Source of the DNA: Candidatus Omnitrophota bacterium
GTDB taxonomy: Bacteria; Omnitrophota; Gorgyraeia; Gygaellales; Profunditerraquicolaceae
Assembly: GCA_041651035.1 (NCBI GenBank)
Contig: JBAZKC010000001.1
Location: forward strand, 387,244-451,243
Length of the DNA stretch: 64,000 bases
Direction: 5' to 3'
Shown: in pieces, positions 34,688-44,344 of the stretch
How positions within the stretch are numbered: position 1 is the first letter of the stretch
Layout: each line of letters starts with the position of its first letter
Program-made: the position numbers and the translations under genes
Notes under the pieces: model-generated
Told to the model about the DNA's origin: nothing
What the model saw: the letters and a program-made list of their open reading frames with translations, nothing else
Databases searched by the model: none

Positions 34688-36037
34688 TTAATTAGCCTGG
34701 GTTAATAAGCCTGAATAGACTTTTTCTAATTCCCGGGCGTTTCCTTCAATCGACGTGACGGCCGGGATATTTTTTATTAATTTTTCTATATAATCAGGAC
34801 TGTCAATTATTAATTTCATCTTATCATATAGGTCATTACAGTCCCCGGGCTTAAATAATAACCCATTAACACCATGGTTGACTAATTCAGGGATGCCCCC
34901 GACCTCAGACGCTATTACTGGTATACCCGCTAAAAAAGCTTCTTGTATTACCAATGGAGAATTCTCCAGCCAGATAGAAGGCACGATAAGCGTGTCTATA
35001 TTTAAGAAGATATCGGCAATATTATCATTGTGGAACCCGCCCAGGAACTTTATGTTTCTGTTTTGCGCTATTTTCTTGATATAGCCGGGATAATATTCAA
35101 AACCTGCGTATGGATAAGACTTGCCATATATTTTTAGTTCCGCCCTTTTGTCTTTAATTTTATTAAACGCCTCTATCATTATATGCACCCCTTTATGGGG
35201 CAGTAGCGTGCCTATAAATCCAAATCTTACCTTGCCATCCAATGTCATTTTTTCACGGTTATTAAATAAGCGTTTATTAAAACCGTAATTTAGCAATAGC
35301 GCCTTAGCAGAAGATACCATACCCGATTCAATAAATTTTGTTAGCAGAAGTCGCGAGGGAGCAATAAAAATATCTACTTTATCACACATATATTTTATAT
35401 GGGTTGCCCTGCCTTTTATTTTTCCCTCTAAAACTCCGGAGGGAAGAGTTTTTTTGGCAATATTAAAGTATAATTTCTTACAGAGAGAGGCCAGCCCTGG
35501 AATTATTCTATAACATTTCTGGTATAGCTTTTTAATATTCCTCCTTAAACTTAAATAGTAAATTTGGCAATCAACGCAATCCACATAATTGTGATTATTG
35601 CAAATAGCCATGCTCCTTCTTAATAATTGCGCCTGGGGACAAATAAGCCAATAATCATGCAGAGTATACACAACAGGTATCCCCCTGGACTTAATTTCTC
35701 TGACAATTGTAGTAGACAAAGAAAGCAGATGCTGGATATGTACAATATCCGGCTTGGTTTTATCTAAAATTTCCGCGAATCTCTTAGTTATTATCTCATT
35801 GTTATAAGTCATCTCGTAAGAATCGCAGAGGCTGAAAGTGTTATTTATGGCGTATATCTCTAACCCGTTAATATTACTACGGACAACTTCGTATTCCTTT
35901 TTATGCGGGTCATTGATCCTATGGAAAACAAACACCTTGTATTTTTTCGCTAATTCCATAGAAAGATTGTAGGTATACACTTCCGAACCGCCTACATTAT
36001 AAGGAGGAAAATTATGGATCACCTGCAATATCTTCAT
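34688..36037 (-). CDS. family 4 glycosyltransferase (GT-B, retaining)
   Basis: 449 aa. N-terminal MKILQVIHNFPPYNVGGSE, C-terminal EAFLAGIPVIASEVGGIPELV..GVNGLLFKPGD (E-x7-E-type GT4 motif). Confidence 0.7.
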   Translation of the reverse strand: MKILQVIHNFPPYNVGGSEVYTYNLSMELAKKYKVFVFHRINDPHKKEYEVVRSNINGLEIYAINNTFSLCDSYEMTYNNEIITKRFAEILDKTKPDIVHIQHLLSLSTTIVREIKSRGIPVVYTLHDYWLICPQAQLLRRSMAICNNHNYVDCVDCQIYYLSLRRNIKKLYQKCYRIIPGLASLCKKLYFNIAKKTLPSGVLEGKIKGRATHIKYMCDKVDIFIAPSRLLLTKFIESGMVSSAKALLLNYGFNKRLFNNREKMTLDGKVRFGFIGTLLPHKGVHIMIEAFNKIKDKRAELKIYGKSYPYAGFEYYPGYIKKIAQNRNIKFLGGFHNDNIADIFLNIDTLIVPSIWLENSPLVIQEAFLAGIPVIASEVGGIPELVNHGVNGLLFKPGDCNDLYDKMKLIIDSPDYIEKLIKNIPAVTSIEGNARELEKVYSGLLTQAN

Positions 36038-37260
36038 ATTATTTCAGCGTATGCCTTAAGTGTTTGTTCTACCATACACTCTCTTGTAAAATATCTTTCA
36101 ACATGTTTACGCGCTGCCTTGCCCATTTCTATTCTGCGTACTTTATCCTTTAGGAGTTGCACTATTGCCATAGCCAATGACTCCTGGTCCTCCGGAGGGA
36201 CAAGCATGCCTGTAGCGCCATCTTGCACGGTTTCAGGTACTCCACCTACCCCGCAACAGACAACCGGCTTACCATATGACATTGCCTCCAGGTATACAAA
36301 CCCGCAAGATTCATAAAGTGAAGGCGCTACGAACAGATCACAGGAACTATAATAAAAATCTAATTTGTGCGGCGGGACATAGTCTAAGAAACTGACTCGA
36401 TCTAGATATTGTTCGGGTAGAAAACGCGTAAGCACGGATTTATATGATATATTTTCTGATACATTAAACAACGCATTCCGATTATTAATAAGTGTGTCTC
36501 TGCCAATAATTATAAATTTTGCCGCGGGAATCTCTTGTAACACCAGGGGAATGGCTTTTATAAGTATGTGGATCCCCTTTCTTTTTTCTAACCGGCCGAC
36601 AAAAAGCACAAGCGGAGAATCAGGTTGTGGCGGGGGCAGAGAATTAATCTCGGGAAGGGGAATGCCCAATGGTATGATTTTAATACCGCCCGGATGGATC
36701 CCCGCTTCATCTGTAATAAGTTCTGCGTGCGCATGGGTAGAACACGTGATCAAATTACTATTTTTAACAGTGGCGTCTTCCAACCAACAACTTAGTTTAC
36801 GGTCGAATGTCACCGGCCACCCACAGAATTTAACCACCTCAGAATATTGAGTGTGCAATCTTGTAACGATCGGCGCCTTCCTGAAAAACCCATGGATGAA
36901 GGTTTCTGCTGATAAATTAGGGCCCTCTATTACGTCAATAGGATATCGCTTAGCTAGTTCATCTATTTTCTTATGTACCCGCTTGCTGTATTCTAACCGC
37001 AAAGCGAATTCCCTTAAGCCTCCTTTATAAGGGAATATCACCGGATGAACAACACGAGAAACATGCACTTTACTATCCATATATTCCCTTTCCCCGCTTA
37101 AGCCCTGGCAAATCACAAAAACTTTATGCCCTTTATCCGCTAATCCATGCGCCAGATGGTAAGTATATGTTCCTATACCGCCCCATCCAGTCTCAGGGGG
37201 ATATTCACGGGAAATAAGGCAGATGTTCAAAGCTGTTTTCATATTAATTTTGTTTGGCAC
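36034..37260 (-). CDS. family 4 glycosyltransferase
   Basis: 408 aa. YPPETGWGGIGTYTYHLAHGLADKGH...EAMSYGKPVVCCGVGGVPETV..GATGMLVPPED. Confidence 0.75.
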   Translation of the reverse strand: MPNKINMKTALNICLISREYPPETGWGGIGTYTYHLAHGLADKGHKVFVICQGLSGEREYMDSKVHVSRVVHPVIFPYKGGLREFALRLEYSKRVHKKIDELAKRYPIDVIEGPNLSAETFIHGFFRKAPIVTRLHTQYSEVVKFCGWPVTFDRKLSCWLEDATVKNSNLITCSTHAHAELITDEAGIHPGGIKIIPLGIPLPEINSLPPPQPDSPLVLFVGRLEKRKGIHILIKAIPLVLQEIPAAKFIIIGRDTLINNRNALFNVSENISYKSVLTRFLPEQYLDRVSFLDYVPPHKLDFYYSSCDLFVAPSLYESCGFVYLEAMSYGKPVVCCGVGGVPETVQDGATGMLVPPEDQESLAMAIVQLLKDKVRRIEMGKAARKHVERYFTRECMVEQTLKAYAEII

Positions 37261-37300
37261 TTTCTAGAAAACTTAAGTACTGAATACCTCAGAGTGATCA

Positions 37301-38263
37301 CTATCTTAGCTCATCCATATAACAGTTGCTGGCACAATTTAGGCATTTATCTGATGCGCGTTTTAAGGCCCCCCCGGATTTATTCCATATCGCCCCGAAA
37401 GATTCCCCATTAAACAAACTACCGATCCTGAATTCTTTAAAATTACCGCATGCGTAAACTTCACCGTCGGGTTCTACGAGAAAGGCCTTTCTCTTTCTAA
37501 AAGCGCAATCGGCAACGCGCCTGCCGGTCCTAAGCCAGGTAAGGATAAATTTTGCATAATGCGGATCGAGCGCTTTATTTTGTAACAAATCTTCCAGAGA
37601 TAGTATGAGCTTGATTTTTTCATTCTGGTCCATTTCAAAGTTTTCTCTTAAGCCCAAGCTCTTCACGCCAATATCAGAAATTGCTGCTAGGGTAAAGTTA
37701 ATACCGACACCTTTTAGTGCCGCGTATTTTCTAACGTCTTCAATCGCCTGATAATTCAGTTTACTTATGGTCATATTAAGGCCTAAAGAAAAAAAGGGAT
37801 ATAACAACATCAATTCTTTTAGTTCCTTTATAGTTTTTTCAATTCCATTAAATATGCCTGAAACTCCTCTTACGCGCTCATGAGCTTCTCCCAGGCCATC
37901 CAAAGAAACAGTTACTGTCAGCTTGACATTGGTAGGCAGGAGAACAGCTAAAATACGTTCTATGTTATCTACCACCCGGCCTGTATTAATGCCATTGGTG
38001 GGGATATCTACCCGGCAAAGCCGACGGCAATTATTTATGAGCACCTTTACGATATCTACCAAATCCTGCCGCATAGTCGGCTCACCGCCTGTTATATTAA
38101 TTATCTCTATATTCCTCCTCAATAGCGCATCTGCGAATATTTTCTCTAGCTGCCATACAGATAACTCAGGATGGTTCCTTTGTTTTGTCCATGCGGCGCA
38201 CATTATACATTTAGAATCGCATCGATAACTTGTAAATAAGACTGCGATCTTGGGGACTGGCAC
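37301..38263 (-). CDS. radical SAM protein with SPASM/twitch-type C-terminal Cys motifs
   Basis: 320 aa. CDSKCIMCAAW (CxxxCxxC), GGEP motif, C-terminal CAFRK...YACGNF...CLNCASNCY. Confidence 0.65.
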   Translation of the reverse strand: MPVPKIAVLFTSYRCDSKCIMCAAWTKQRNHPELSVWQLEKIFADALLRRNIEIINITGGEPTMRQDLVDIVKVLINNCRRLCRVDIPTNGINTGRVVDNIERILAVLLPTNVKLTVTVSLDGLGEAHERVRGVSGIFNGIEKTIKELKELMLLYPFFSLGLNMTISKLNYQAIEDVRKYAALKGVGINFTLAAISDIGVKSLGLRENFEMDQNEKIKLILSLEDLLQNKALDPHYAKFILTWLRTGRRVADCAFRKRKAFLVEPDGEVYACGNFKEFRIGSLFNGESFGAIWNKSGGALKRASDKCLNCASNCYMDELR

Positions 38264-38265
38264 GG

Positions 38266-39441
38266 TTATTTCCCTAGTAGTTTTTCGTAAATAGATACTG
38301 TCTGCTGTATAACCTTCACGGGAGCATAACGCTCTTCTATTGTCTTTCTGGCATTCCTTCCCAGCTTATCGCGCAGGCGCTCATTTGAAATAAGCCCGAC
38401 TATATTATCCGCCAGCCTGCTAGAACTGCCGGCTTCCACAAGAACGCCATTTACGCCATTTTGGATAATCTCTGGAAGCCCCCCTGTCTCTGTGGCAACT
38501 ATTGCTTTACCGCAAGCCATTGCCTCTAGACAACTGTAAGGATGATTTTCCCATAACGAAGGGATAACGCAAATAGTGCTCTTTTGGTAAAAATCCTTCA
38601 GCCGGTACCGTGGGAGAGCGTCAATAAACTCCACATTATCTTGATATCTTAATTGATTAACTTTATTTATTAAATAAGCCCTCATTCCGGAATCTTTGCC
38701 AATAAATATAAATTTTGCCTTGGGTATTTCCTGAAGCACCCGCGGTATAGCACGCATTAAAACATGGACCCCCTTTCTAAGTTCTAAACGCCCCACATAA
38801 AGCACAATCGGGGCCTTATTAAAATTTGAATTGGGAGGATGGGGGCTAAAGAAATCGGCATCAATAGGATTGGGAACAATGGGGATACCATTAAATGCTA
38901 TATTAAAATACCTGGAGGTTAGCTCTACAATCGCCCGGCTTAACCCTACTACTCTATTTGCTCTGCGTAACCACCATTTTTCCAATAGAAACCTGATCCT
39001 ATAATCTAGATCAGGGTAAACATTATCCAATTTAAGCGCGATGGACTCCGGAGTATGAAGTTTTATAAGCAACGGGGGGGTTCTTCCAATAAGAAAATAC
39101 CAAAACCCTTCAGCCCGCGCTTCGCTGCTCTCTATTATATCAATGCCGTATTTACGTACCACCTCTTTAATTTTTCTTGATACCGCATAACTATATTCTA
39201 AGCGCTCTACTGTACCGGGTAATTTATTGCGGATAATACCCAAGAAACGCAGGCGTTCTGGTTTTACCCTAAAAACCGTAACCCCCGAATCCATGTATTT
39301 ACACGGGTATTCGACCGCCTGAGTAAGGACATAAACATTATGCCCCATTTTTGCCAGCAGCCGGCTCATCTCTAATACGTATATACCCACCCCTCCTATC
39401 AGATTTGGGGGATAATCCCTGGAAAGAAAAAGGATATTCAT
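38266..39441 (-). CDS. family 4 glycosyltransferase
   Basis: 391 aa. YPPNLIGGVGIYVLEMSRLLAKMGH...EAMACGKAIVATETGGLPEII..GVNGVLVEAG. Confidence 0.75.
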   Translation of the reverse strand: MNILFLSRDYPPNLIGGVGIYVLEMSRLLAKMGHNVYVLTQAVEYPCKYMDSGVTVFRVKPERLRFLGIIRNKLPGTVERLEYSYAVSRKIKEVVRKYGIDIIESSEARAEGFWYFLIGRTPPLLIKLHTPESIALKLDNVYPDLDYRIRFLLEKWWLRRANRVVGLSRAIVELTSRYFNIAFNGIPIVPNPIDADFFSPHPPNSNFNKAPIVLYVGRLELRKGVHVLMRAIPRVLQEIPKAKFIFIGKDSGMRAYLINKVNQLRYQDNVEFIDALPRYRLKDFYQKSTICVIPSLWENHPYSCLEAMACGKAIVATETGGLPEIIQNGVNGVLVEAGSSSRLADNIVGLISNERLRDKLGRNARKTIEERYAPVKVIQQTVSIYEKLLGK

Positions 39442-39986
39442 CGGTATGTTATTTTTCTGATTTTTAGAGGAAGTACCACAAATAAAAGAAAGGAAACCGC
39501 GATGCTTCCCAATAATATTATCCCCCAGATTAAACCAAACATCTGGCCTAAGGTTAAGGGCAGCATCTTGACTGCCTTATTTCTCTTATCCTCTATGCCG
39601 AAAAGGTCTAAGGTGTTTTCGTTTCCTGAATGTACATCCAGCAACTTGATTTCTTTAGCGCCGCTAAAAAATATTAGTATTTTACCTTTGCGGTAATTTT
39701 CTTCATAGGGCTTGCCCGTAAAAAGAAATGCCTTATCAAATCTCCTCTTGCGCAGATTTAGAAGGAGTTGGATTAATTTAGATTTATTCAATCTTTCTGT
39801 ATGCGGCCCGAATAATATTTTCTCTTGGACATCGATTATCTCTTTAGCCAGGGAATAATCATCCGGGAAAAGATTGGCAACAAGAGTTATTGAAGCGCCG
39901 GGATAAAGTGAATATAAGCGCCCCACCGCTTTCTTTGCTTCGTCTAAAGTTACATAATGTGGTTTTACCGCTAAGATTTTATGCAT
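39438..39986 (-). CDS. hypothetical protein: GT9 (heptosyltransferase)-like N-terminal half plus C-terminal TM anchor
   Basis: 182 aa. KILAVKPHYVTLDEAKKAVGRLYSLYPGASITLVAN...FDKAFLF resembles the N-terminal (acceptor) domain of GT9 enzymes. No donor-binding C-domain. Ends in a TM helix. Overlaps both neighbours. Confidence 0.3.
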   Translation of the reverse strand: MHKILAVKPHYVTLDEAKKAVGRLYSLYPGASITLVANLFPDDYSLAKEIIDVQEKILFGPHTERLNKSKLIQLLLNLRKRRFDKAFLFTGKPYEENYRKGKILIFFSGAKEIKLLDVHSGNENTLDLFGIEDKRNKAVKMLPLTLGQMFGLIWGIILLGSIAVSFLLFVVLPLKIRKITYR

Positions 39987-42229
39987 ATAGAAAATGAAAA
40001 ATAGGGGTATCTGCCAGGCGAAAAACGGGATTTCTCTCGTGGTTCATATCTAAGTAACTGGATTACTCTGGCACTGTATAAGAAATCAGTATTAGACGCT
40101 CTTATAAAGTTATTCTTGTCCTTGTGGTTCCAATAGAGATCAACCTGCGGTAAAGATGACTCTAAAACAGCAGCTACTCCTACAACTATATCTTCGTAAT
40201 CATTATTTAGAATATCGGCCCACTGCCTGCCAAAAACTCTCAGGAAATCACCTTGCTTCTTCCCGCTAAACCATTTTATATATTTATCCGACAACATCAA
40301 TCCCACAGCCCCCTGTTGAATATTTATCTCTTCCTTGACCAAAAGATCTACCTTAACTAAAAAGGACCCCGGAGGCTCTATTTTAATTTCCCATTCCTGC
40401 CCTATCGGCAAATATTCATATTCCCCCCTCAGCAACATTTTTTCTTTGGTTTTCTGCACCTGCCATTCTATTTCTGAAGAAAGGAACCAACGCTCTGCGT
40501 TATATAAAGCGCTGTACAGGCCTATCCCCTTGGTAATCTCTGCGTTGTCCCAGAACAGCCTCATTTTTCCTTCCCAGCAAACAAAACGGAGATTATCATT
40601 TTGAAGGGTGCGCAACAATATTTTTTCTTTTTTTTCTTCTTCTTGGCGAAGGCGCTCTTCTTCTGCTTGACGGCGCATTAATTCCAATTTGCCTTTGATA
40701 AAGCTCCTCACTAAAGGATGGCCTTCGGGCAGCTCTTTTTTATTCCAAAAGACCTTCAATTCCTTCTTTTCCAATACGCAGTTTAATTGATCTTCGCAGG
40801 AAAGGATTTCCTGCATCTTATTATTAAAGATTGTTTCTATGTGCTTACTGATATTGGGCAACCCGAAAGAAACCTGTATTTTAAAAGAACCTTGTGTGTT
40901 ATTAAAATTACTGTTCAAACATTGTAGAACTCGCGCGTTATTCTGGAAATCGCTATTGAATACTTTCATGGTATTATCAGGAGCATCTTCTAACGGGGCA
41001 AAACAAATTGCTGGTAATCTTTTTTCTCCGGCTTCATCGGTATCAATACCGGCGGCTTTTGCAATTGAACCTTCCGGCAAAAGGTCATCCCACATAATAT
41101 TGTTACTTTGGATCTGGGGGAACTTTTCTCTACGATTATCAACGAACCATTCCTGATACCCATCAGAAAGCATTAAATTCAGCTGTTCCTGCCCGCATAA
41201 ACCCCGCTGCTGAACCTCTGTATTTACCTGCCAACAAAGAGAACCATCTTTTGAAACATCTAATTCCCAGGTCTGTTTTACGGGCAGCCTTAACCATTTT
41301 CCTTCCACCACTAATTTATTTTGGTCTTTACTCCTGATATCCCACTCTGCCTGAGTTGAGATATGCCATCTTTTAGATGAGAATACGGCGGTAAATCCTC
41401 CCAGCCCTTTGGTAATCTGCCTGCCCTGCCAGTATAAAGAGAGCCTGCCTTCACTGAATATGATATCCAGCGGTCCTTTTTGCAGCACCGCAACTCCTTT
41501 TTTACCCACCGTATCCAAATAAAACCGCACTACATCAGCTGGGTTGCCGGATTTGAGGATGTGACCGTGCTGTAAAAGAAAAACCTTATCGCAAATATTC
41601 AAAACCATGTCCAGGTTATGCGAGACAAAAATGATTGTTTTCCCTGAATCTTTGAATTCTTTTATTTTATTTATGCATTCCCTTTGAAAGACCTCATCCC
41701 CTACGCTCAATACTTCGTCAATAAGAAGTATATCTGCCGAGGCATGCATTGCCACGGAAAAGCCGAGCCGTAAGAACATTCCGGAAGAATAATTCTTTAA
41801 AGGGGCATCAATAAATTCTTCCAAACCGGAAAATGCTACAATCTCTTTAAACTTCTGGTTAATTTCTTGCCTGCTTAAGCCCAATAAAGAACCATTAAGA
41901 TAAATGTTCTCCCTGCCTGTCAAGTCCGGATGGAATCCTGCCCCCAATTCTAAAAGCGGAGAGACCTTGCCATCTAAATTAACGCTGCCAAGAGAAGGAG
42001 CGGTAACCCCGCTTAATATTTTAAGCAGGGTAGTTTTACCCGATCCGTTCTCCCCTATAATACCGATCACCTCTCCTCTGTTAGCCTCAAAATTTACGCC
42101 TTTTAATGCCCAAAGCGCCTCTTGTTTCTTCCTTTTAAGCCAACCAAATAAAATAACCTTCGATAATACCCTCTTCTCGTGAGAAATGGTATATCTCTTG
42201 CTAATGTTTCGTAAAATAACGTTCTGCAT
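39971..42229 (-). CDS. Wzt/TagH-type polysaccharide ABC transporter ATP-binding protein with ~500 aa C-terminal extension containing a tandemly duplicated domain
   Basis: 752 aa. N-terminal NBD with Walker A GENGSGKTT, signature YSSGMFLRLGF, Walker B ILLIDEVLSVGD, H-loop FVSHN. The C-terminus contains two homologous ~90 aa modules (GRLSLYWQGRQITKGLGGFTAVFSSKRWHISTQAEWDI... and GKMRLFWDNAEITKGIGLYSALYNAERWFLSSEIEWQV...) separated by an E/R/K-rich coiled segment. Confidence 0.75.
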   Translation of the reverse strand: MQNVILRNISKRYTISHEKRVLSKVILFGWLKRKKQEALWALKGVNFEANRGEVIGIIGENGSGKTTLLKILSGVTAPSLGSVNLDGKVSPLLELGAGFHPDLTGRENIYLNGSLLGLSRQEINQKFKEIVAFSGLEEFIDAPLKNYSSGMFLRLGFSVAMHASADILLIDEVLSVGDEVFQRECINKIKEFKDSGKTIIFVSHNLDMVLNICDKVFLLQHGHILKSGNPADVVRFYLDTVGKKGVAVLQKGPLDIIFSEGRLSLYWQGRQITKGLGGFTAVFSSKRWHISTQAEWDIRSKDQNKLVVEGKWLRLPVKQTWELDVSKDGSLCWQVNTEVQQRGLCGQEQLNLMLSDGYQEWFVDNRREKFPQIQSNNIMWDDLLPEGSIAKAAGIDTDEAGEKRLPAICFAPLEDAPDNTMKVFNSDFQNNARVLQCLNSNFNNTQGSFKIQVSFGLPNISKHIETIFNNKMQEILSCEDQLNCVLEKKELKVFWNKKELPEGHPLVRSFIKGKLELMRRQAEEERLRQEEEKKEKILLRTLQNDNLRFVCWEGKMRLFWDNAEITKGIGLYSALYNAERWFLSSEIEWQVQKTKEKMLLRGEYEYLPIGQEWEIKIEPPGSFLVKVDLLVKEEINIQQGAVGLMLSDKYIKWFSGKKQGDFLRVFGRQWADILNNDYEDIVVGVAAVLESSLPQVDLYWNHKDKNNFIRASNTDFLYSARVIQLLRYEPREKSRFSPGRYPYFSFSICIKS

Positions 42230-42244
42230 AATATTTATTCCTGT

Positions 42245-43039
42245 TTATACGTAATCAGCAAATATTTTCTGGTGTTTCTTAAACAACGCCAGGCCAAAAA
42301 CAAAGATAATTACGGAAGACGCTATGGTATACATAATCATTGCTGCGCTTGATATCTTCCCATAAAGAAGCAAATCCCGGTATAAGATGATAAAACATGT
42401 CATGGGGTTGGCTAGATATACACTGCGAACTCCCTCTGGCACCATGCTTAAAGGATAAAAAACCGGCGTGATATAAAAACCGACCAGAAGCATGAGCTCG
42501 ATGATATACTTCGTATCTCTAAAAAATGTGTGCAGGGTAGCCGCTATAAAAGAAATACCGAGGACAAAAAGACATTCCAGTATAATTAAACCAGGCAAAA
42601 ATAAAACTAAGAATGTAACATGTATCTTAAACGCCTGCATAAAAATAAATAAAATTGCCAGGGAAATCAGGAAGTTTATCAGATTCGCGATAACCACTGA
42701 AAAAAGAATTATTTCACGCGGGAAATATATTTTCTTAATCAAATTGGCATTATCAACTACCGAAAGGGTGCCGCTTGATAACGAAAAGCTAAAAAAATAC
42801 CAGGGCAGAAGCCCTGCCAATAGAAATACAGGATATTTTTCTATATCTATTTTTATGATCCAAGAAAACACCAGAGATAATATAAGCATCATTAGCAGCG
42901 GATTCAACAAAGTCCATAAGAAACCTAATACCGCTGTCTTGTATCTTACTTTAAAATCCTTGGCAGCTAGGTTGAATATGAGCTCCCTATAGGAAAAAAT
43001 ATTTTTAAGGTATCTTGGTATCCCGCTAATCTGTGTCAT
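42245..43039 (-). CDS. ABC-2 type polysaccharide exporter permease (Wzm/TagG-like)
   Basis: 264 aa, six TM helices, ABC-2 family layout, directly upstream of the Wzt ATPase. Confidence 0.7.
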   Translation of the reverse strand: MTQISGIPRYLKNIFSYRELIFNLAAKDFKVRYKTAVLGFLWTLLNPLLMMLILSLVFSWIIKIDIEKYPVFLLAGLLPWYFFSFSLSSGTLSVVDNANLIKKIYFPREIILFSVVIANLINFLISLAILFIFMQAFKIHVTFLVLFLPGLIILECLFVLGISFIAATLHTFFRDTKYIIELMLLVGFYITPVFYPLSMVPEGVRSVYLANPMTCFIILYRDLLLYGKISSAAMIMYTIASSVIIFVFGLALFKKHQKIFADYV

Positions 43040-44344
43040 TTATCCTGTTAGTAACCGCGCTGTTTCTTTACCTTGTAAAATTACGTCCTCCATGGACATA
43101 TAACGCCATGAGCCGTAGCGGCCGCAGGCATAAATATTATTTCTGGCAAGAAACTTTAAGATCCTCGCCCTGGCTTCATGGTAATTGATGTCATAAATAG
43201 GATAACCGTATTTTATATCATTTACATCTTCAGCGCAGATACGGCCAAACCCTGTAAGCATGCCCGCCCTTGCTAAATCTTTCCTGACGCGCGCAGCAAT
43301 ATTATTTTTGTCTACCCGCTTATTCTGCGAATAAGATACCTCTATATACATCGAGCCTTTGCCCTCGGGAGCGACAGAAGAAGAAAAGTTATGCGGGAAC
43401 CCGATACGAAAGAAGCATATTTTCTCTTCAGGATAATATACCCAATGGCGCCGGAGACCATCATTCTTCTCCAGCCCTAAATTCAGATTAAAAATAGAAT
43501 TCCACCTTAATTTCCCAAAAAAGTGGGTGACATTGTTTGGCAACGTATTGATTATGTTGGGTATTTCTGGCAGAGGGATCGTGGAGATTAGAAAATCAAA
43601 TCTTTCTTTAGTCTTCGGGCCTATTTTTATCTCTTTTTTAGCAAGGTCTATTTCTGTCACCGGGCAATTAGTATATATATGCCTGGCCTCCTGCGCTAAA
43701 GCCAAAGGAACCTGATTTATGCCGCCTCTCTTGGGATACCAAAACCGGGCATTATAACCAAACTGCCCACGGCTCTCTTTTCTCGCCCCCTGGATTACCT
43801 GTTCCAGTAAGGGCACCGGGATAAAACCATCCAGCCATTCACAAGTCAATTCCTCCGAAGGTACAGTCCAAAACTTGTTATTATAGGGAACCATAAAATG
43901 CCTGGCTATCCCCCGGCCAAAGGTCTGTTGCATCCAACGCAGGAAATTAACATCTTTTTTATCTTTACAATGACTACCTCTAGAGGCTCGAATAAATCCC
44001 AAAAGACATTCTTTAACTACAGCCGGGGGTAAACCATAGAGATTGGCCTGAAAAGGGTAGCGGGTAAACCTGCCTTGAGAGTAAACCCAGGCGTTCCTTT
44101 GGTGCTCTGCTAAATTATCCCCTAATAGCGCCTTAACAAGCTTGAATGCGTAGGGGGATTTAAAATGCAACAGGTGCCCATCGCAATCAAAGGTAAACCC
44201 ATTGATCTGCTTGGAACGGCAAAGGCCCCCAACCTGGGACTCTTTTTCAAAAACCCGGCAGTCACAGCCTTTCTTGCGTAGATGCCAGGCCGCGCTTAAC
44301 CCCGCCAGGCCGGCACCCAAAATAATAACCCTTTTCTTAGGCAT
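43040..44344 (-). CDS. glf: UDP-galactopyranose mutase, eukaryotic/long type (FAD-dependent)
   Basis: 434 aa. N-terminal GAGLAGL FAD fold and blocks shared with long-form UGMs: YPFQANL, FGRGIARHFMVPYNNKFWTVPSEELTCEWL, FWYPKRGG, HWVYYPEE, GRYGSWRY. Confidence 0.6.
   Translation of the reverse strand: MPKKRVIILGAGLAGLSAAWHLRKKGCDCRVFEKESQVGGLCRSKQINGFTFDCDGHLLHFKSPYAFKLVKALLGDNLAEHQRNAWVYSQGRFTRYPFQANLYGLPPAVVKECLLGFIRASRGSHCKDKKDVNFLRWMQQTFGRGIARHFMVPYNNKFWTVPSEELTCEWLDGFIPVPLLEQVIQGARKESRGQFGYNARFWYPKRGGINQVPLALAQEARHIYTNCPVTEIDLAKKEIKIGPKTKERFDFLISTIPLPEIPNIINTLPNNVTHFFGKLRWNSIFNLNLGLEKNDGLRRHWVYYPEEKICFFRIGFPHNFSSSVAPEGKGSMYIEVSYSQNKRVDKNNIAARVRKDLARAGMLTGFGRICAEDVNDIKYGYPIYDINYHEARARILKFLARNNIYACGRYGSWRYMSMEDVILQGKETARLLTG

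Noticed and set aside
18570-38263. SPASM-domain radical SAM genes as maturases of a RiPP (ribosomal peptide) cluster
   Set aside because: Intergenic gaps around all four SPASM genes are 0-30 bp or overlaps. No short precursor-like ORF with a leader/core pattern is present. Every neighbour is a carbohydrate-active enzyme. A sugar-tailoring role is the better-supported reading.
42492-42992. 166 aa plus-strand ORF antisense to the Wzm permease gene
   Set aside because: Shadow ORF. The permease gene on the minus strand gives a clean six-TM protein.
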